64,000 nucleotides of DNA from Felis catus. Its lineage: Eukaryota. Shown in pieces: positions 9,049 to 21,699 of the stretch. The stretch is taken from positions 12,586,001-12,650,000 of the forward strand of contig NC_058382.1 in the NCBI RefSeq assembly GCF_018350175.1, read 5' to 3'. The translations under genes and the position numbers were made by a program. The notes beneath the pieces were generated by a model. The model was not told where the DNA came from, did no database searches, and worked only from the letters and a program-made list of their open reading frames with translations. Positions within the stretch are counted from its first letter, which is position 1. Every line of letters starts with the position of its first letter.

Positions 9049-10825
9049 GGTAGGTACAAAAGGGCTTGTGATCCTGAAAGTCACAGTGGACATGAAAGAC
9101 CGGTAGCCGTGGACAACCACCTGACTGCCTCTCACAGGCCAGCTGCATGAAGTCATAGTGGGCATTGAGGCCCCTGGAGGGTGGGTGGTGTGAAGTCAGT
9201 GGTAGGAGGAGAAAGAGGGGTGAAGGCCAGAGGGGTTGCCTCCATGTTTGGCCGCCATTCGGCGAGTATCTTCTGAGGCTGACTGGGGATGCAGCATTGC
9301 TGGGGACATGGAGATGGGTCAGACCCAGGTCCTGCCTTCCCGGAGTCTCCAGGTCACTATCCAGGTGGTCAGGATATGTTGGGGTTTGGAGGGGGGGGCA
9401 GGGGCAGAAGTTCCCAGACAAGAGACACTAACCACCTGAGGAGGCATGGAGGACCTCACAGAGGAGGTGACGTGTGAGCTGGGACCTTAAAGAGGAGCAG
9501 GGGTTTGCTCTTAGAGAAGAAAAGGTCACCAGGTGGGGAAAGAGCAGAGCCAAAGGCCTGGAGCGATGGGGGAGATCAGGGCCTCGGGCCCCCCTTGTTC
9601 ACTCGACCCGCACGTCCTGGGCTGGGCAGTGTTGGGGACCCCAAGATGAGTCAGACCTGCCCTCAAGGGGTTCCCAGTCTGATGGGGGAGACCTGTTGGG
9701 GCCCAGATGGCTACAGCCTCTAGGACAGTCACAAAGGGAGACGCTGGGCCAGCAGGAGCCAGGGTGGAGGGAGCCACCGCCATAGACGACAGAACCTGTT
9801 CAGGGTCCTGAAGGATGAGTAGGAGGTCGCCAGGTGGGCAGAGTGGGGAACAGCCTTCCAGGCAGAGGGACAGCAGGACAGAGGCAGAAACGAGAGAGAG
9901 CTGCAGGGAGGGACATGAGGCCAACATTTATAACCCATTCTTCTAAGCTGGGTGATGCCGGGGACCCAGCAGTGAGTCAGACCTGGCCTGCCCTCCCTCT
10001 GGTCTGGTGGGAAAGGACTTTGTACCGGCACAGCCCTCAGGGCTGGGTGAGGACAGCCAGAGGGCAAAAGAAAGTGACTGGCTGCCTAGGAGACCTGGGA
10101 CAGTCTCACTGAGGAGGGAGGCTTCCTACGGAGTCCTAAAGAATGATGTGGAAAACCTGGCTGGGCCACTCCCAGCAAGAGGGAACAGCACATGTGAAAA
10201 GCCTCAGAAAAGGTTTGACAAATTGAATGAACGCCAGGCACAGAGAAGGTGTCCGGGATGCTCAGGATGCAGCAGTGAACCAAAGTCCCTGCTTTGGGGG
10301 ACAGGCAGTAAACACATGAGTAGATGTCACCTACAGTAAGTGGAGGAGAAGAACAAAGCGGTTAAGAGCGTAGAGGGAAGGATTGCTGTTTAGACAGTGT
10401 GACCAGGGTGAAACTGAGAAGGTGACACTTGAGCAGACCTGGCGAGGGGAGGGAGCAAGCCTTGTCTATCTGTAAAAAAGGTAGCAAAGGCCCTGAGGCA
10501 GGTGTGTGCCTGTAGGGTTGAGGAGCCCCGAAGAGCCCAGTGTGGCTGACTCAGTTCTCACAGGACTCTTCTGGGCTGCTGGAGGAACGTGAGGAAGAGG
10601 GGCCAGGATGGACACAGGGCAAGGCTGTTGCAGTCCTAGGGGATGCTTTTGGCAGACCGGTGCCGCTGTGGTGGGGACTCCCTCCTCCCAGACCCAGGCT
10701 CTGCATGCACTGGTGTCACCCTTTCCTGTATGGCGGCTTCAAATCCTTTTCCTCTTTTAACCTAAACTTGTCCTAGACATGTTCTGCATGCTCATGAAAT
10801 CACAGCAATATATCTGTACTTGCAA

Positions 10826-10899
10826 ATTTTCAATTTTCAATTTTCAATTTTCAAATTTTCATTCACTCAACTGCACACACACACACACACACACACACA
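10826..10899. repeat. (ATTTTCA)n plus (CA)n simple repeats
   Basis: direct reading. Confidence 0.85.
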
Positions 10900-11444
10900 T
10901 TTATCACACATATCATATATGTATGTGTTTTAATTTGCTTGAATCCTGTTCAGGTGTTTGTCTTCCTAAAATGATCTGGCGTAGGCTACCGCCCGTATTT
11001 AGCTTTCCTTGTTAGAGCTGTGTGATTGGAGGCGAGTGAGTCGCCTAACCGCCCTGTAGCTCAGTTTCCCATTTATCACTTAGGGATGACAACAGTACGT
11101 CCCTCAAAGGGTTGTTGTAAGGATTCGGTAGGTTAATATAGAAGAACAGGGCTCTTAAAGTAGCAGTGGATGCTGTTACTGGTACTGTTTTTATTACTGT
11201 TACTTTGTCCTTCTTAAACCCTGGAGATGCAGTTCTTGCAAGACATTCATCTGCTTAATACACAGACACTGAGTGTCTGCTGTGTGCCAGGCCGTGTTTC
11301 ATGTGACAGGGATTCTTCCATGGGAAAGAGCAGGGTTGTGTCCTGGCTGTCCCCTCCCTACTGTGGTGAGTCTGAATGGGGCCCCGGGAGGGGCACAGCC
11401 CTGTCCTCAGATGCCTCTGACTCTCCCTGTCCATCCCCCTACAG

Positions 11445-11947
11445 GCCCTGAGCATTCCTCTGACTCTGAATACACTCTCTCAGAGCCAGACTCCGAAGAG
11501 GAAGAAGATGAGGAGGAGGAGGAGGAGGAGGCCACTGACGATCCTGAATATGACCCTGGCTACAAGGTGAAGCAACGCCTGGGGGGGGGCCGGGGGGGCC
11601 CGTCCCGCCGGGCCCCCCGTGCAGCCCAGCCCCCGGGCCCCCCAGNNNNNNNNNNNNNNNNNNNNNNNNNNNNNNNNNNNNNNNNNNNNNNNNNNNNNNN
11701 NNNNNNNNNNNNNNNNNNNNNNNNNNNNNNNNNNNNNNNNNNNNNNNNNNNNNNNNNNNNNNNNNNNNNNNNNNNNNNNNNNNNNNNNNNNNNNNNNNNN
11801 NGGGAGGGTCGACCAGCTGGGAGGGAGGAGGAGGAGGAAGATGAGGAGGAGGAGGGCACCTATCACTGTACGGAGTGTGAGGATTCCTTCGACAACCTCG
11901 GGGAGCTGCACGGGCACTTCATGCTGCATGCCCGGGGCGAGGTGTAG
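11445..11947 (+). CDS. ZNF428: ZNF428 last coding exon (acidic tracts and single C-terminal C2H2 finger); interrupted by N gap
   Basis: cag| 11442-11444; GPEHSSDSEYTLSEPDSEEEEDEEE...YHCTECEDSFDNLGELHGHFMLHARGEV-stop; frame preserved across gap. Confidence 0.92.
11646..11801. other. assembly gap, 156 N
   Basis: run of n. Confidence 1.
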
Positions 11948-12087
11948 GCAGAGCCCCCCACCCAGGGAGCTTGGCTAAAGGGGTGGGGTGGGAGGAGGGG
12001 GCTGAGGAAATTGGGGTGGTCGCAATGGTCATGTGGGACGGGGTACCGCCGATCTGTGTCGTCTTAGCAGTAGATGTGTAAGGCCAG

Positions 12088-12093
12088 AATAAA
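12088..12093 (+). terminator. ZNF428: ZNF428 polyadenylation signal AATAAA
   Basis: AATAAA 140 nt after stop, followed by GT-rich tract. Confidence 0.8.
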
Positions 12094-14999
12094 AGCCAAA
12101 TTCTGTGTGTGTCAGTCCAGCGTGTTTGGTGTGTGTGCGTGCATGCATGTGTGTAAACGCTTGAGTGTGCGAGGCACGGGGCCTGGGGCATTTATCCCTC
12201 CCCCTCCCCCCTCCCCTGGCTCCTCCCTGGGGGAAGCTTAAGATCACTGTTGCCAAGACTATTAACATTTACTAAGGGCTTATGTTCAGGTGGCTTCCGT
12301 ATATTTAACTCATAGACCCGATGACGTACAACACAACGGTTTTGCACTCATGTAATAGAGTCCAGGGTGGGTGTTTCCAGTAGGTGGGCAACCCTTCTCC
12401 ATATAGTGATTTGGGGACCCAGGCCATTCCTTAAGCCTGCTGTCGTCCACATGGTCATGGCTGAGTGGCCGTGGCCTGGGTCCTGCCGGTGGAAGAGGAA
12501 GGTGAGCCTGGAGAGGTACACGTGATCTCGGACAGGCCCCCTGCCTGCAAGTAGCACAGCCTGCTCCTAGTTACGTTCCTTTGCTGAGAAATTCGTCACA
12601 TGACCACAGCTCCCTGCAAGGGAGTCTGGGAAAGGCAGGTCTAGCCAGTGCCCAGAAAGCAGAAAACGGTTTGTGGAGGACAGTCGATGTTCTCTGCCAC
12701 TGCCTGAGAACCTTTACAAAGAGGACTTTAATTATAATCAGAGCTGTGCTTCCCGGGTGCCAAGTGCCAGTCCAAGAGCTTTATATATATTGACTCATAG
12801 AAGTTGTGTATCTAGGAACTTACAAAAATAGAAGCTTAATTATAATTACAGCTGCCATTTCCCCAGCACTTCCAGAGTGCTGCATTTTATTTGCATGAGA
12901 TCATCAGGTCCTTAGAATAACTCTGTGAGGAAGGGATTGTGATCCATTAATTCATTTAAGCAGTATCTTCTGGGTCCCTGCTGTATGCCGAGCATTGGGA
13001 ATTTAGCAGTGAGTGACCTAAAATCCTTGTGCTCCTGGAGCTTACATGGGGCCGAGGCGGGGGGCGGGGGGGTGCAGTGGGCAGGGGCCACTGGTAGAGA
13101 CAGATAGTAATCAAGCTGGAGGGAATGCTGGGTGGTGGTAGATGCCATGGAGAAGAATAAAGCAGAGAAGGGAGAACACTTCCGGAAGGCGGTTGCCATT
13201 TTAAATAGTATAGCCCTCCCCGAGGAGGTGACAGAGACCAGAGAGAGCGAGGGGGCTGTGCACTTGGGTGGGAGGAGGCAGGAGCCTGCCACCTGTCAGG
13301 GCAGAGCTGGAAGGATGAGGGCAGAGGGGAGCAGAGGGCCAGCTCCTTACAGCTCTGTTGAAACCTTGGCTCTCGCTCTGAGAAGGGATGTGCTAATTCA
13401 TAGAAGTTTGGCACCAAAGCTCCTTTGAAAATAGAAGCCTAATTATAATGATAGCTGCCATTTATTGAGCATTTACTGTGTGCCAAGCCCCGTTCTAAGG
13501 CGCTTTACGTGTGTTAACTCATAGAAGCTTGGCAACTAAGAACCTTCAAGAATAGAACCTGAATGACCATAATGGCCATCATTAAATCAGCACTCACGGT
13601 GGACCAGGCCCTGTAAGCGCTTTGTATGGACAATCGCATCGGATCCTTATGAGGTAGGGGCTGTTTTATTTCTTCATTCATTTAACAATGACGTATTGAA
13701 TACCTTCCAGACGCAGGCGCTATTCTGGGAGCTGAGAGTAGAGCAGTAAACATGATGAACAAGAATCCCTGCCTTTGTGGAGGTTCTATTATAGAGAAGA
13801 CAGAGACTTAGATATTTAAGTAAAATATATAAAAAGTATAGAACGTTAGAAAGTAGTAAGTGCTGTGGAGAGAAACAGAGTGGGTGGGGAGGCTTGTGTG
13901 TGTGTGTGCGGCAGTTCCAAAGAGGGTGGTCGTGGAGGCTTCAGGGAAAGGGGGACTTCAGGCAGAGGTGGGGAGTAGGGAAGAGTGGGGCCCCTGCACT
14001 GTCTACAGGAGCAGTGAGTGCAAAGGCTCTGAAGTGGGGCCCTACTTGGGATGTTGGCGGAAGAACACTTAGGGCATGAGACCCGTTGCTGAGGAAGGCA
14101 GGGGAAGACTAGGGGAAGGACAAGGTCAGGGAGAGGCAGAGGGCCGGGCCCTGTCGGCTGTTCTACCAGTTTGGGCTCTGCGTCCCATGTCTGAGTCCTC
14201 GTCGTAGCCCTTAGAGGCACAGGGGCTATTATCGTGACCATTTCACAGCTGCTCCAGCTAGGGCACAGGGAACTTGACTTAGCTGCTACAGGTCGGTCAC
14301 ACGGCTAATAAGCAGAACGCAGCTGTGATTCCAGACAACTGGATGCGGTGCGTACCTTCTTAACCAGGAAGCCACATACCAGCAATGGCAGCCTGGCTCT
14401 CCACAGCCACCGTCTGACTGGCCAGGAGCGTGTTTGGTCTCCATAGAGTTGCTGGGGTCTTCTAATCATGTGGGTTACCAACATTTAAAACTGGGCAGAT
14501 TTCACCTCAAAAGGGAGGTTTTTTGGCTTCCCTTGAAAATCGTGAGATCTCGATCGCTGAGCCCACAATCCCAAGGAGCAGTAGCTTTCTGGAGCTGAGG
14601 AAGGCTTACCTCCTGCTAATGGGCGTTCCCTCCCACGTGCCCATTCCTCAGCATGTGGCATCTGGACCCCTCACACCTTGCCTGCTTCACTGCTTATGGT
14701 ACCCTGCTTGGCCACAAAGAGCGTTTGCATCCTGATGCCTGTTACAGGATCTCATACCAAAGCATCTGTCAAAGCCCACACTTTTCATCCTAGAAGCTCA
14801 GAATCTGGGAACCTGACATTTATCCACTCTTTGAATTGAGACTTTCATAACCATCACAGCTTAACATCAATGAATCTCAGAATCGTCAAGGCAGAAATTC
14901 ACAGCTCGTTAAAACACCACGGATGGATTTTAGTTCTTGGAGCAGCATGCTTAAGCCCTCTTCTGCCCTGAGACAGGGCTTTGTTTGTTTGTTTTTTAA

Positions 15000-15425
15000 A
15001 CCAGACTTTATTTTTTTAATGCAGTTTTAGGTTCATAGCAAAATTGAGGGAAAGATAGAGACATTTCCTGTGTACTTCCTCGCCCCCACACACTCATACC
15101 TTCCCCTGGCATCCACATTCCCCACCACAGTGGTCCGTTTGTTACAACTGATGAGCCTATATTGACACAGCATAATCACTCAATGTGCATAGTTTACACT
15201 GGGAGTCACTCTTGGTGTTTGTTGCACCTTCTGTGGGTTTGGACAAAGCGTAATGACCTGAGTTCATCATTATAATATCATAGACTGTTTTCACTATCCT
15301 AAAATTCCTCTTGTGTTCATCCCCCGACACAATCCTTGGAAACCAATGATTTTTTTTTTTTTTTTTTTTTTTTACTTTCTCCATAGTATTGCCTTTTCCA
15401 GATTGTCATATAGTTGGAATCATAA
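15000..15425 (-). mobile_element. old L1 (L1MA/L1MB-type) 3'-end fragment
   Basis: gttttaggttcatagcaaaattga...tgccttttccagattgtcatatagttggaatcata is typical antisense L1M 3'UTR. Confidence 0.65.
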
Positions 15426-16065
15426 GACAGGGCTTTCTAAGCATAGATGTAGAGAATTACCTGTTCATCAGAAAAAATTCCTAAGGATATGAGAGGACTA
15501 GGAATCAAGAGACATAGTCTGCTGCCAGGGTCGGTGGGGCGGTGGGGTCATTCAGTTCCCCAGGGCCTGGTTGAGCTATGGAAACCAAGCTAGGAATTCC
15601 AAAGAGAGGATTGAACACAGGGGATTGGGTGTGCAGCTGGTTGAAGGCTGAAAGCATGAATGTGGACAGTTGAGGCCCCCAAGATACTCGTGTCTGCACA
15701 AAGCTCCCACCTCTAGGACTGGGCACAGAAAGAGAAGGGACATTACCAGAACCCAACAGGAGTTTGGAGGGACAGGCCATGTGCGGCTGTACCTACACCA
15801 CAAGAGAGGCACGGTACCTTGTGCTGAGGGTGTAGAAATGCACTGGAGCCTGAGCCGCTGCTGTTAGAGGGGTTCCAGCAGCCCAAAGTGAGGGGAGTTC
15901 CTTCCCCCTCTTTCTGTCTACCTTCTTCCCAGACCTCTCTTGGGCAGAACTTGAGGAAGCCAGCTCTGGAGGGAATCTGGGAAATACAGTTGCAGAAAGC
16001 CCAGCATTACAGAGCATCATCGGGAGGGCTGCAGGCCGAGAGACTCTAGTGGGCACAGTCGAGCA

Positions 16066-16282
16066 TTTTTTTTTTTTTCCAACGTTTATTTATTTTTGGG
16101 ACAGAAAGAGACAGAGCATGAACGGGGGAGGGGCAGAGAGCGAGGGAGACACAGAATCAGAAACAGGCTCCAGGCTCTGAGCCATCAGCCCAGAGCCCGA
16201 CACGGGGCTCGAACTCCCGGACCGCGAGATCGTGACCTGGCTGAAGTCGGACGCTTAACCGACTGCGCCACCCAGGCGCCCC
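16066..16282 (-). mobile_element. young felid CAN-SINE (SINEC_Fc)
   Basis: full-length head, (CT)n and A-tail; TSD cagtcgagca at 16056-16065 and 16283-16292. Confidence 0.92.
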
Positions 16283-16770
16283 CAGTCGAGCATTTTTTTT
16301 GAGCCTCTGCAGTGAACATTGTCCTAGGTACTGGGGAAGTGAGGAAGACACACCGCCTGCCCTCAGGAGTTTGGATTCCAGAGTATGGACACAGATAATG
16401 ACATGCACAAGCGGGATAGTCCCAGGTGTTGAAGGGTGCTAGGAAGAAATAAAGCCAGGGTGAGGTTCAATGGTGCTACTTTGGCCAGACAGGTCAAGGA
16501 GGACCTGTCTGAGGAGGTGGCATGTGTAGAGTCCTGAATGATGTAGAGACAGCCTTGTAAAGTTCTGGGTTAGAGCACTCCAGGCAGAGGGAACAGCAAG
16601 TGCAAAGGCCCTGAGGCAGAAGCCAGCCTGTCATGTGTGGCTGGAGTGTAGCAAAGGTAGAGCAGAGAGGGAGTTGAGACTGCTTAGCGGGTGGGGGCCC
16701 CATCATTGTTGGATTTTCTGGGCCTGGGTAAGGTGTCTCTGGATGTTATTTATGGAATCTCTTTGGAGGA

Positions 16771-17000
16771 TTTTTTTTTTTTTAAGTTTTTTTTTTTCAA
16801 CGTTTATTTATTTTTGGGACAGAGAGAGACAGAGCATGAACGGGGGAGGGGCAGAGAGAGAGGGAGACACAGAATCGGAAACAGGCTCCAGGCTCTGAGC
16901 CATCAGCCCAGAGCCTGACGCGGGGCTCGAACTCACGGACCGCGAGATCGTGACCTGGCTGAAGTCGGACGCTCAACCGACTGCGCCACCCAGGCGCCCC
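16771..17000 (-). mobile_element. young felid CAN-SINE (SINEC_Fc)
   Basis: full length; TSD tctttggaggatttt on both sides. Confidence 0.92.
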
Positions 17001-17617
17001 TCTTTGGAGGATTTTAAATGAGGAGGTATATGAATTGACTTACACAGGGGGTGGTCTGTAGTCCACTGGAGGGGGCAGCAGTGGTGGCAGGTGCAGGGGG
17101 AGCAGTTAGGAGAGCAGCTGCAGGAAAGGCCGGTCAGACTCGGGAATCTAGTAGTATACAGTTGACCAATCTGACGGTAGTGGTGTAGGTGGGGGCCGTA
17201 GGAGTCACACTGGCCTGTTTTAAGGTTTTGAGACTCCTATTTGTCACCATCCAAGTGATTGTCTCATGGTTGGGGGGGCGTCTGGGGTTTGAGCTGAAGA
17301 TAAAGATTTGGAAGTCACCAGTGATGCTATTTAAAGTCCTGGGAATCTATGACATCTGGAGAGTGGAGAGAACAGGAAGAACACAGGCAGGGCGGCTGTC
17401 TGTCTCAGGGGAGCATGTGTGATTAGAGGCTTAGGTTTGGACATCTGGTTTGGAAACTTCTGGGCTGTCACCAGGTGCAGAGGAAATATTTGGCTTTGGT
17501 GAAGCCGACATTTTTGGGAAAAGTGATGGCCAACTGACTCCAACCCAGTTTCCCCACAAGTCACCCCAGCAAAGAGATCCAGGCTAGCTAGCCCTGCACG
17601 AATCTTGTACAAACAAA

Positions 17618-17627
17618 TACACACACA

Positions 17628-17658
<31 letters not shown>
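17618..17658. repeat. (CA)n microsatellite
   Basis: direct reading. Confidence 0.9.
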
Positions 17659-17659
<1 letters not shown>

Positions 17660-17744
17660 GAGCCCCCTACTAGAGGTAGTATTTCCCAGGGTGGGAATCC
17701 CGGTTTCCAGGCTCAGAGTAGATTGTATGTCTTATCACTTAGAC

Positions 17745-17860
17745 AAGAGGTCAGCAAGCTTTTATTATAAAGGGCCAGATGGCCCTTTACTATTTTAGGC
17801 TTTGTGGGCCATACGGCCTCTGTTGCCACGACTCAGATCTGCTGTTCTATGCTGCAAACA
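17745..17860. mobile_element. MER58-like DNA transposon fragment
   Basis: ggtcagcaa...aagggccagat...tattttaggctttgtgggccata. Confidence 0.6.
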
Positions 17861-18634
17861 GCCTGTAAGTTACGCTGCCTGTGACGGAGACCAAAAATAA
17901 TGGTGACTTCAACAAGATAGAGGTTTATTTCTCTCTTCCATGGTAGTATGGAAGTGGATCTTCTAGCGCTAGGATGAGGACTCCGTTCTGTGGAGTCAAC
18001 AAGCTTCTGCTGTCTTGTTGCTCTACCATGGTCCTAGGTGGTTGGGTGCCATGTCCACACTCCGGGCGGAAAGGTACAGGAAAGGCGTGTCCCTCTCTGA
18101 AGCTTGAGCACTCTACCCAGGAAAGAACCTGGGTCACAGGGCCACACCCAGCTGCAAGGGACTTTGGGAAATTGTGTTTGTAGCTACCACGTACGTAGCT
18201 AAAAATTGGGGGACAGCTATCAGTCTCTACCGTGTCCCCCACTGTGGGTTTTAAAAACATCCATCAGTTCGAATAGGATCTATAATTATTGCATGCAGGG
18301 CACCGGCCATTGACTCTAAGGGCAGGGCAGGTCACCCAAAGTCCTGACCACATTCAGCAGTGCCCTGGAGGGACACTCCACAGGGTTAGGCCTTTCAAGA
18401 GCTGAAAATAGGATCTTAATGGGAACTCTCCCAATGTTGGCCAAATACAACAGGAAACAGAAGGTATCTCTGTTTGATTCCAAACCAGATTCCCTGCAGG
18501 GCCAGGCCAGCTCTGACCTGAGCTCCCCCCTCCCTGTGCCCTTATATTTTCTGGGAATATCTGCTCAAAGGCCAGAGTTCCTTGTTTAGATATTTCAATA
18601 CAGACCTTTTCTGTTTTTAGATACTATTTGTTAT

Positions 18635-18640
18635 TTTATT
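18635..18640 (-). terminator. ZNF576: candidate ZNF576 polyadenylation signal (AATAAA on minus strand)
   Basis: tttatt on + strand about 710 nt downstream of ZNF576 stop. Confidence 0.45.
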
Positions 18641-19350
18641 CATGTCATCTCACCTACACCCAGAAAAAAATACTCTAAGACCAGAATGGTACATAAAATT
18701 ACTTAAGTGGGCAATAAATTATCAGGGTGTGTGTGTGTGTGTGTGTGTGTGCACCCGAATCCACCCAATACCATGGCTCCTCTGTGAGTGGGAAAGACTG
18801 ATGGGGGGTGGAGTGGGAGGAGATAAGAACTTGATTGCAACCCCTACATGACTCAGAATACAGCTCCCAACTTGGCTGCCCCATCCCCAAAGGCCCACGT
18901 TGCTGCACATCTGGGATCCTTCCAGTGACATTACAGTCCCACAACACCCCGCCTTCCCCTCCCCCATTCAGGCACAAATCTGGGGGAACTTGTTCCTACG
19001 GCCCATGGCATCCATCTGGGAAGAATTAAAGGTGATTACACAATCTGTAGCTAGTTGTGATTTCAAACTATTTAATTGGGAATGAGGGAGATACAACAAT
19101 TTTCCCTTTTGCTTGCTTTTTTTTTTTAAACAAAAGATTTCACTATTGTCTAATTTCACTGTATCCCTGAAGGCCTTTGTGTCCTCCAAAGACTGAAGCT
19201 CTAGATGAGAATCTTCTGGGTCCTATTTATCAGAAGTCCTTTGCCTGTCCCGGGAGGGAAGCAAATCCTTCCAAGGCCCCCATCCTATACCAGAGGTGGG
19301 TTTCAGCAGCCACAGAACCCCCGCTGCCATAGGGAGGGCTTAACCTTCAC

Positions 19351-19778
19351 TCAGAGCTCCCCCCGAGCATGCCGGATGTAGTGTTGATGCAGCCCAGCCT
19401 CCTGGGCAAAGTCCTGACCACACTCAGTGCAGGCGAAGGGGCCAGGAGGGGTGCGGGTCTCATGCGCCTGGCGGTGCCGCCTCAGAGAAGCTGCCTGCCC
19501 AAAGGTCTTGCCACAGTCAGGACAGGGGAAGGTAGGCGGGGCAGCGGCGGGTGCAGCTGGCACGGAGGGCCTGGTGGCTGGACCGTGGCCACGCTGATGG
19601 GCGATCAGGGCCTTGGAGGAGGGGAAGGAGCGGGCACAGGTGAAGCAGATGAAGAGAGCCCCCTGCAGCTTCTGGGCCACGAAGTCCGCTGGGTGCTCCC
19701 GCTTCATGTGACGCTCCTGGAACTTGGAATCGGCGAAGGTGATGAGGCAGCGGGTGCACTGCGGGGCCCCCAGGTGGC
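19351..19778 (-). CDS. ZNF576: ZNF576 last coding exon (four C2H2-type fingers)
   Basis: cag| acceptor; (C)HLGAPQCTRCLITFADSKFQERHMKREH...CTECGQDFAQEAGLHQHYIRHARGEL-stop; total CDS 513 nt = 170 aa. Confidence 0.93.
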
Positions 19779-21208
19779 CTGAGGGACGTGGGGAGAGGTC
19801 GGGGGAAGCCAGCAAGAGTCACCAGGACCTCTCCCAAGCCCCAGAGTCATGCCAACAATTCACATTCAGTGCTTACCACGTGCCAGGCTCTATGCCAGGG
19901 CTGGACAGTGGTCCAGACAAACTATTGCTGGGCCTGTTTTATGGATGAGCAGACTGAGGCTCAAAAAGGTGAGGCAACCTGCCTACAGTCATGAGGCTAG
20001 GTATGAAATGAACCCATGGAGTCAGAACTGGAACCCCGGGGGTCTGCCCTTCCAACAGAGCTGTGAGCACAGCCCCTGGAGCGAAACTGCCTGGAATCGA
20101 ATCCCGGGTCTACCTCTTCCTAGACAAATACAATAGTTTCCTCATCTGGAAAATGGGGTAATGACCCTATCAGAATCTACCTCACTGGGTGGTCGGGAGG
20201 AGTAAATGAGTTACTTTATATAAAGTGCTTAGAACAGTGCTACACAGTGGTTTGCAGTTACTGGTGCTGAGAAAGGGAAGAGCAGCCGGGGCCTTCGTAC
20301 CTCCCTCCCAGAGAAGATTTAAGATTGCCAACCTATCTTTTGCCTCTGCTTACTGGCAACATCCAACCCACCGCAAAACCCTTCCTTGAACCCTTCCCCA
20401 AATCACCTACCACAAAGCCCCAATCCTAGGATAAGTCCTAACTCTTACTGAGAAGCCTTCACAGTGCCCCAGGGTGCGTGTGCTTCCTTAGCGCTATTAG
20501 CAATAAACCAACTTGTTCAACTGTAGGCGTGTTCCTGGTGGTCTTTGGCTGGAGGGCCTTGACAGGGTGGCGGGCTCATTGTTACAGATAATCTCTTTGC
20601 CTCAATTCCCTCACCGGAAAGTAATACTTAACCAAGTTCAAAGGGTCTGTCCGGAGGACTGAGATTATGACGGTTTAACTCCTAGAACACGCCTAGCATG
20701 TAATAAGCATTCAGCAGAAGCTGTTGCCACCATTCTGTCGAACTGGCTACCTTGGTTAACATCAAACCTTCCCTTTCTCTGCCGCTAATCCCCATAACAA
20801 CAGCCGAGTCACCGGAGTAGCCGCAGCCTCTTGTGACAGACTGGGAAACCCAGGCCCAAGTCACACTGAAAGTCTGGGGGCCAGTTGGGACTGGAACCTT
20901 GGGCTTCCTCTCAGTCTCTGCCCTTTCCCAGTCACATCTCCCACCCCAAGCCCCTCTGGATGCTACTCTGTCCCTCTGAACGGTGGCCCCTTGAAGCTAA
21001 CATGGACAGATCAGAGTGGGTACATCTGAGCAGAATAAGAGTAAGGGTGGAGTGTGGCGGTTCCCGGTAGGGCAGCTCAGAAACCATTTGTTACAGCCCC
21101 TCCCCAGCAGGCAAGTCCTTGTAACGCCTTGGACATTGAGATGCTACGCAAATCCTTTTAGGAGCCTCAGCCCCTGCACCCCACCCTCCTCTGGCCAGCA
21201 GCACTCAC

Positions 21209-21293
21209 ACACGTCGCCTCCTGGACTGCGGGGACTCCTCTCCTTGGACGAATCCTGCTGCTCCATGGTCTCTTCAGGATGCGGGTCCTCCAT
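21209..21293 (-). CDS. ZNF576: ZNF576 first coding exon
   Basis: actATGg; MEDPHPEETMEQQDSSKERSPRSPGGDV; |gtgagt donor, phase 1 joins 19778. Confidence 0.92.
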
Positions 21294-21699
21294 AGTGGCT
21301 GGGATCCCTCTGGTCAAGAGTAGCACGCATGACAACAGTAAATCAAGTGAAGTCGCTCATCTGTCTACAGCGTTAAAGGGCCGCTAATCCTATGACCTTT
21401 GACGGGCTCTCTTGCCCCCGTAAGACACCATCTTCTTGAACTGTAACCTAATGGAGCTCTGCCCTAGAGAAGTTTCAACCCTCCCAAAAGATTCGACTCC
21501 CTAGGTTTGTGACACCCCTTAGAGCCTTCTCACCTGTGTGCGACCTATGACCTACATCAAACTAATTCCCTGAACTCAGGGCACGGAACCCTGGATCTTT
21601 GACACCAGCCTCGCCCCCGTCCCCCACGTGTCTTGAGGCAGGTAGTGGCATCCAGGCTTTAGCTCGCCTCTTCCCCGGAGGCATCTTTCTCTGACATCC

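Noticed and set aside
8336-9106. 256-aa hydrophobic + strand ORF (LALVSVLAF repeats) and other long ORFs over SRRM5 (6777-7520, 7345-8040, 8404-8898, 8430-8921)
   Set aside because: Shadow frames of stop-poor tandem repeats in SRRM5; no independent gene signals
9049-9165. N-terminal 39 aa of the 728-aa SRRM5 ORF
   Set aside because: Similarity to the recalled orthologue starts at the Kozak-flanked ATG at 9048, and a plausible acceptor lies at 9143; extension unproven
16096-16302. Recurrent ORFs such as MGQRETEHERGRGRERGRHR and GAPGWRSRLSVRLQPGHDL
   Set aside because: Translations of CAN-SINE copies
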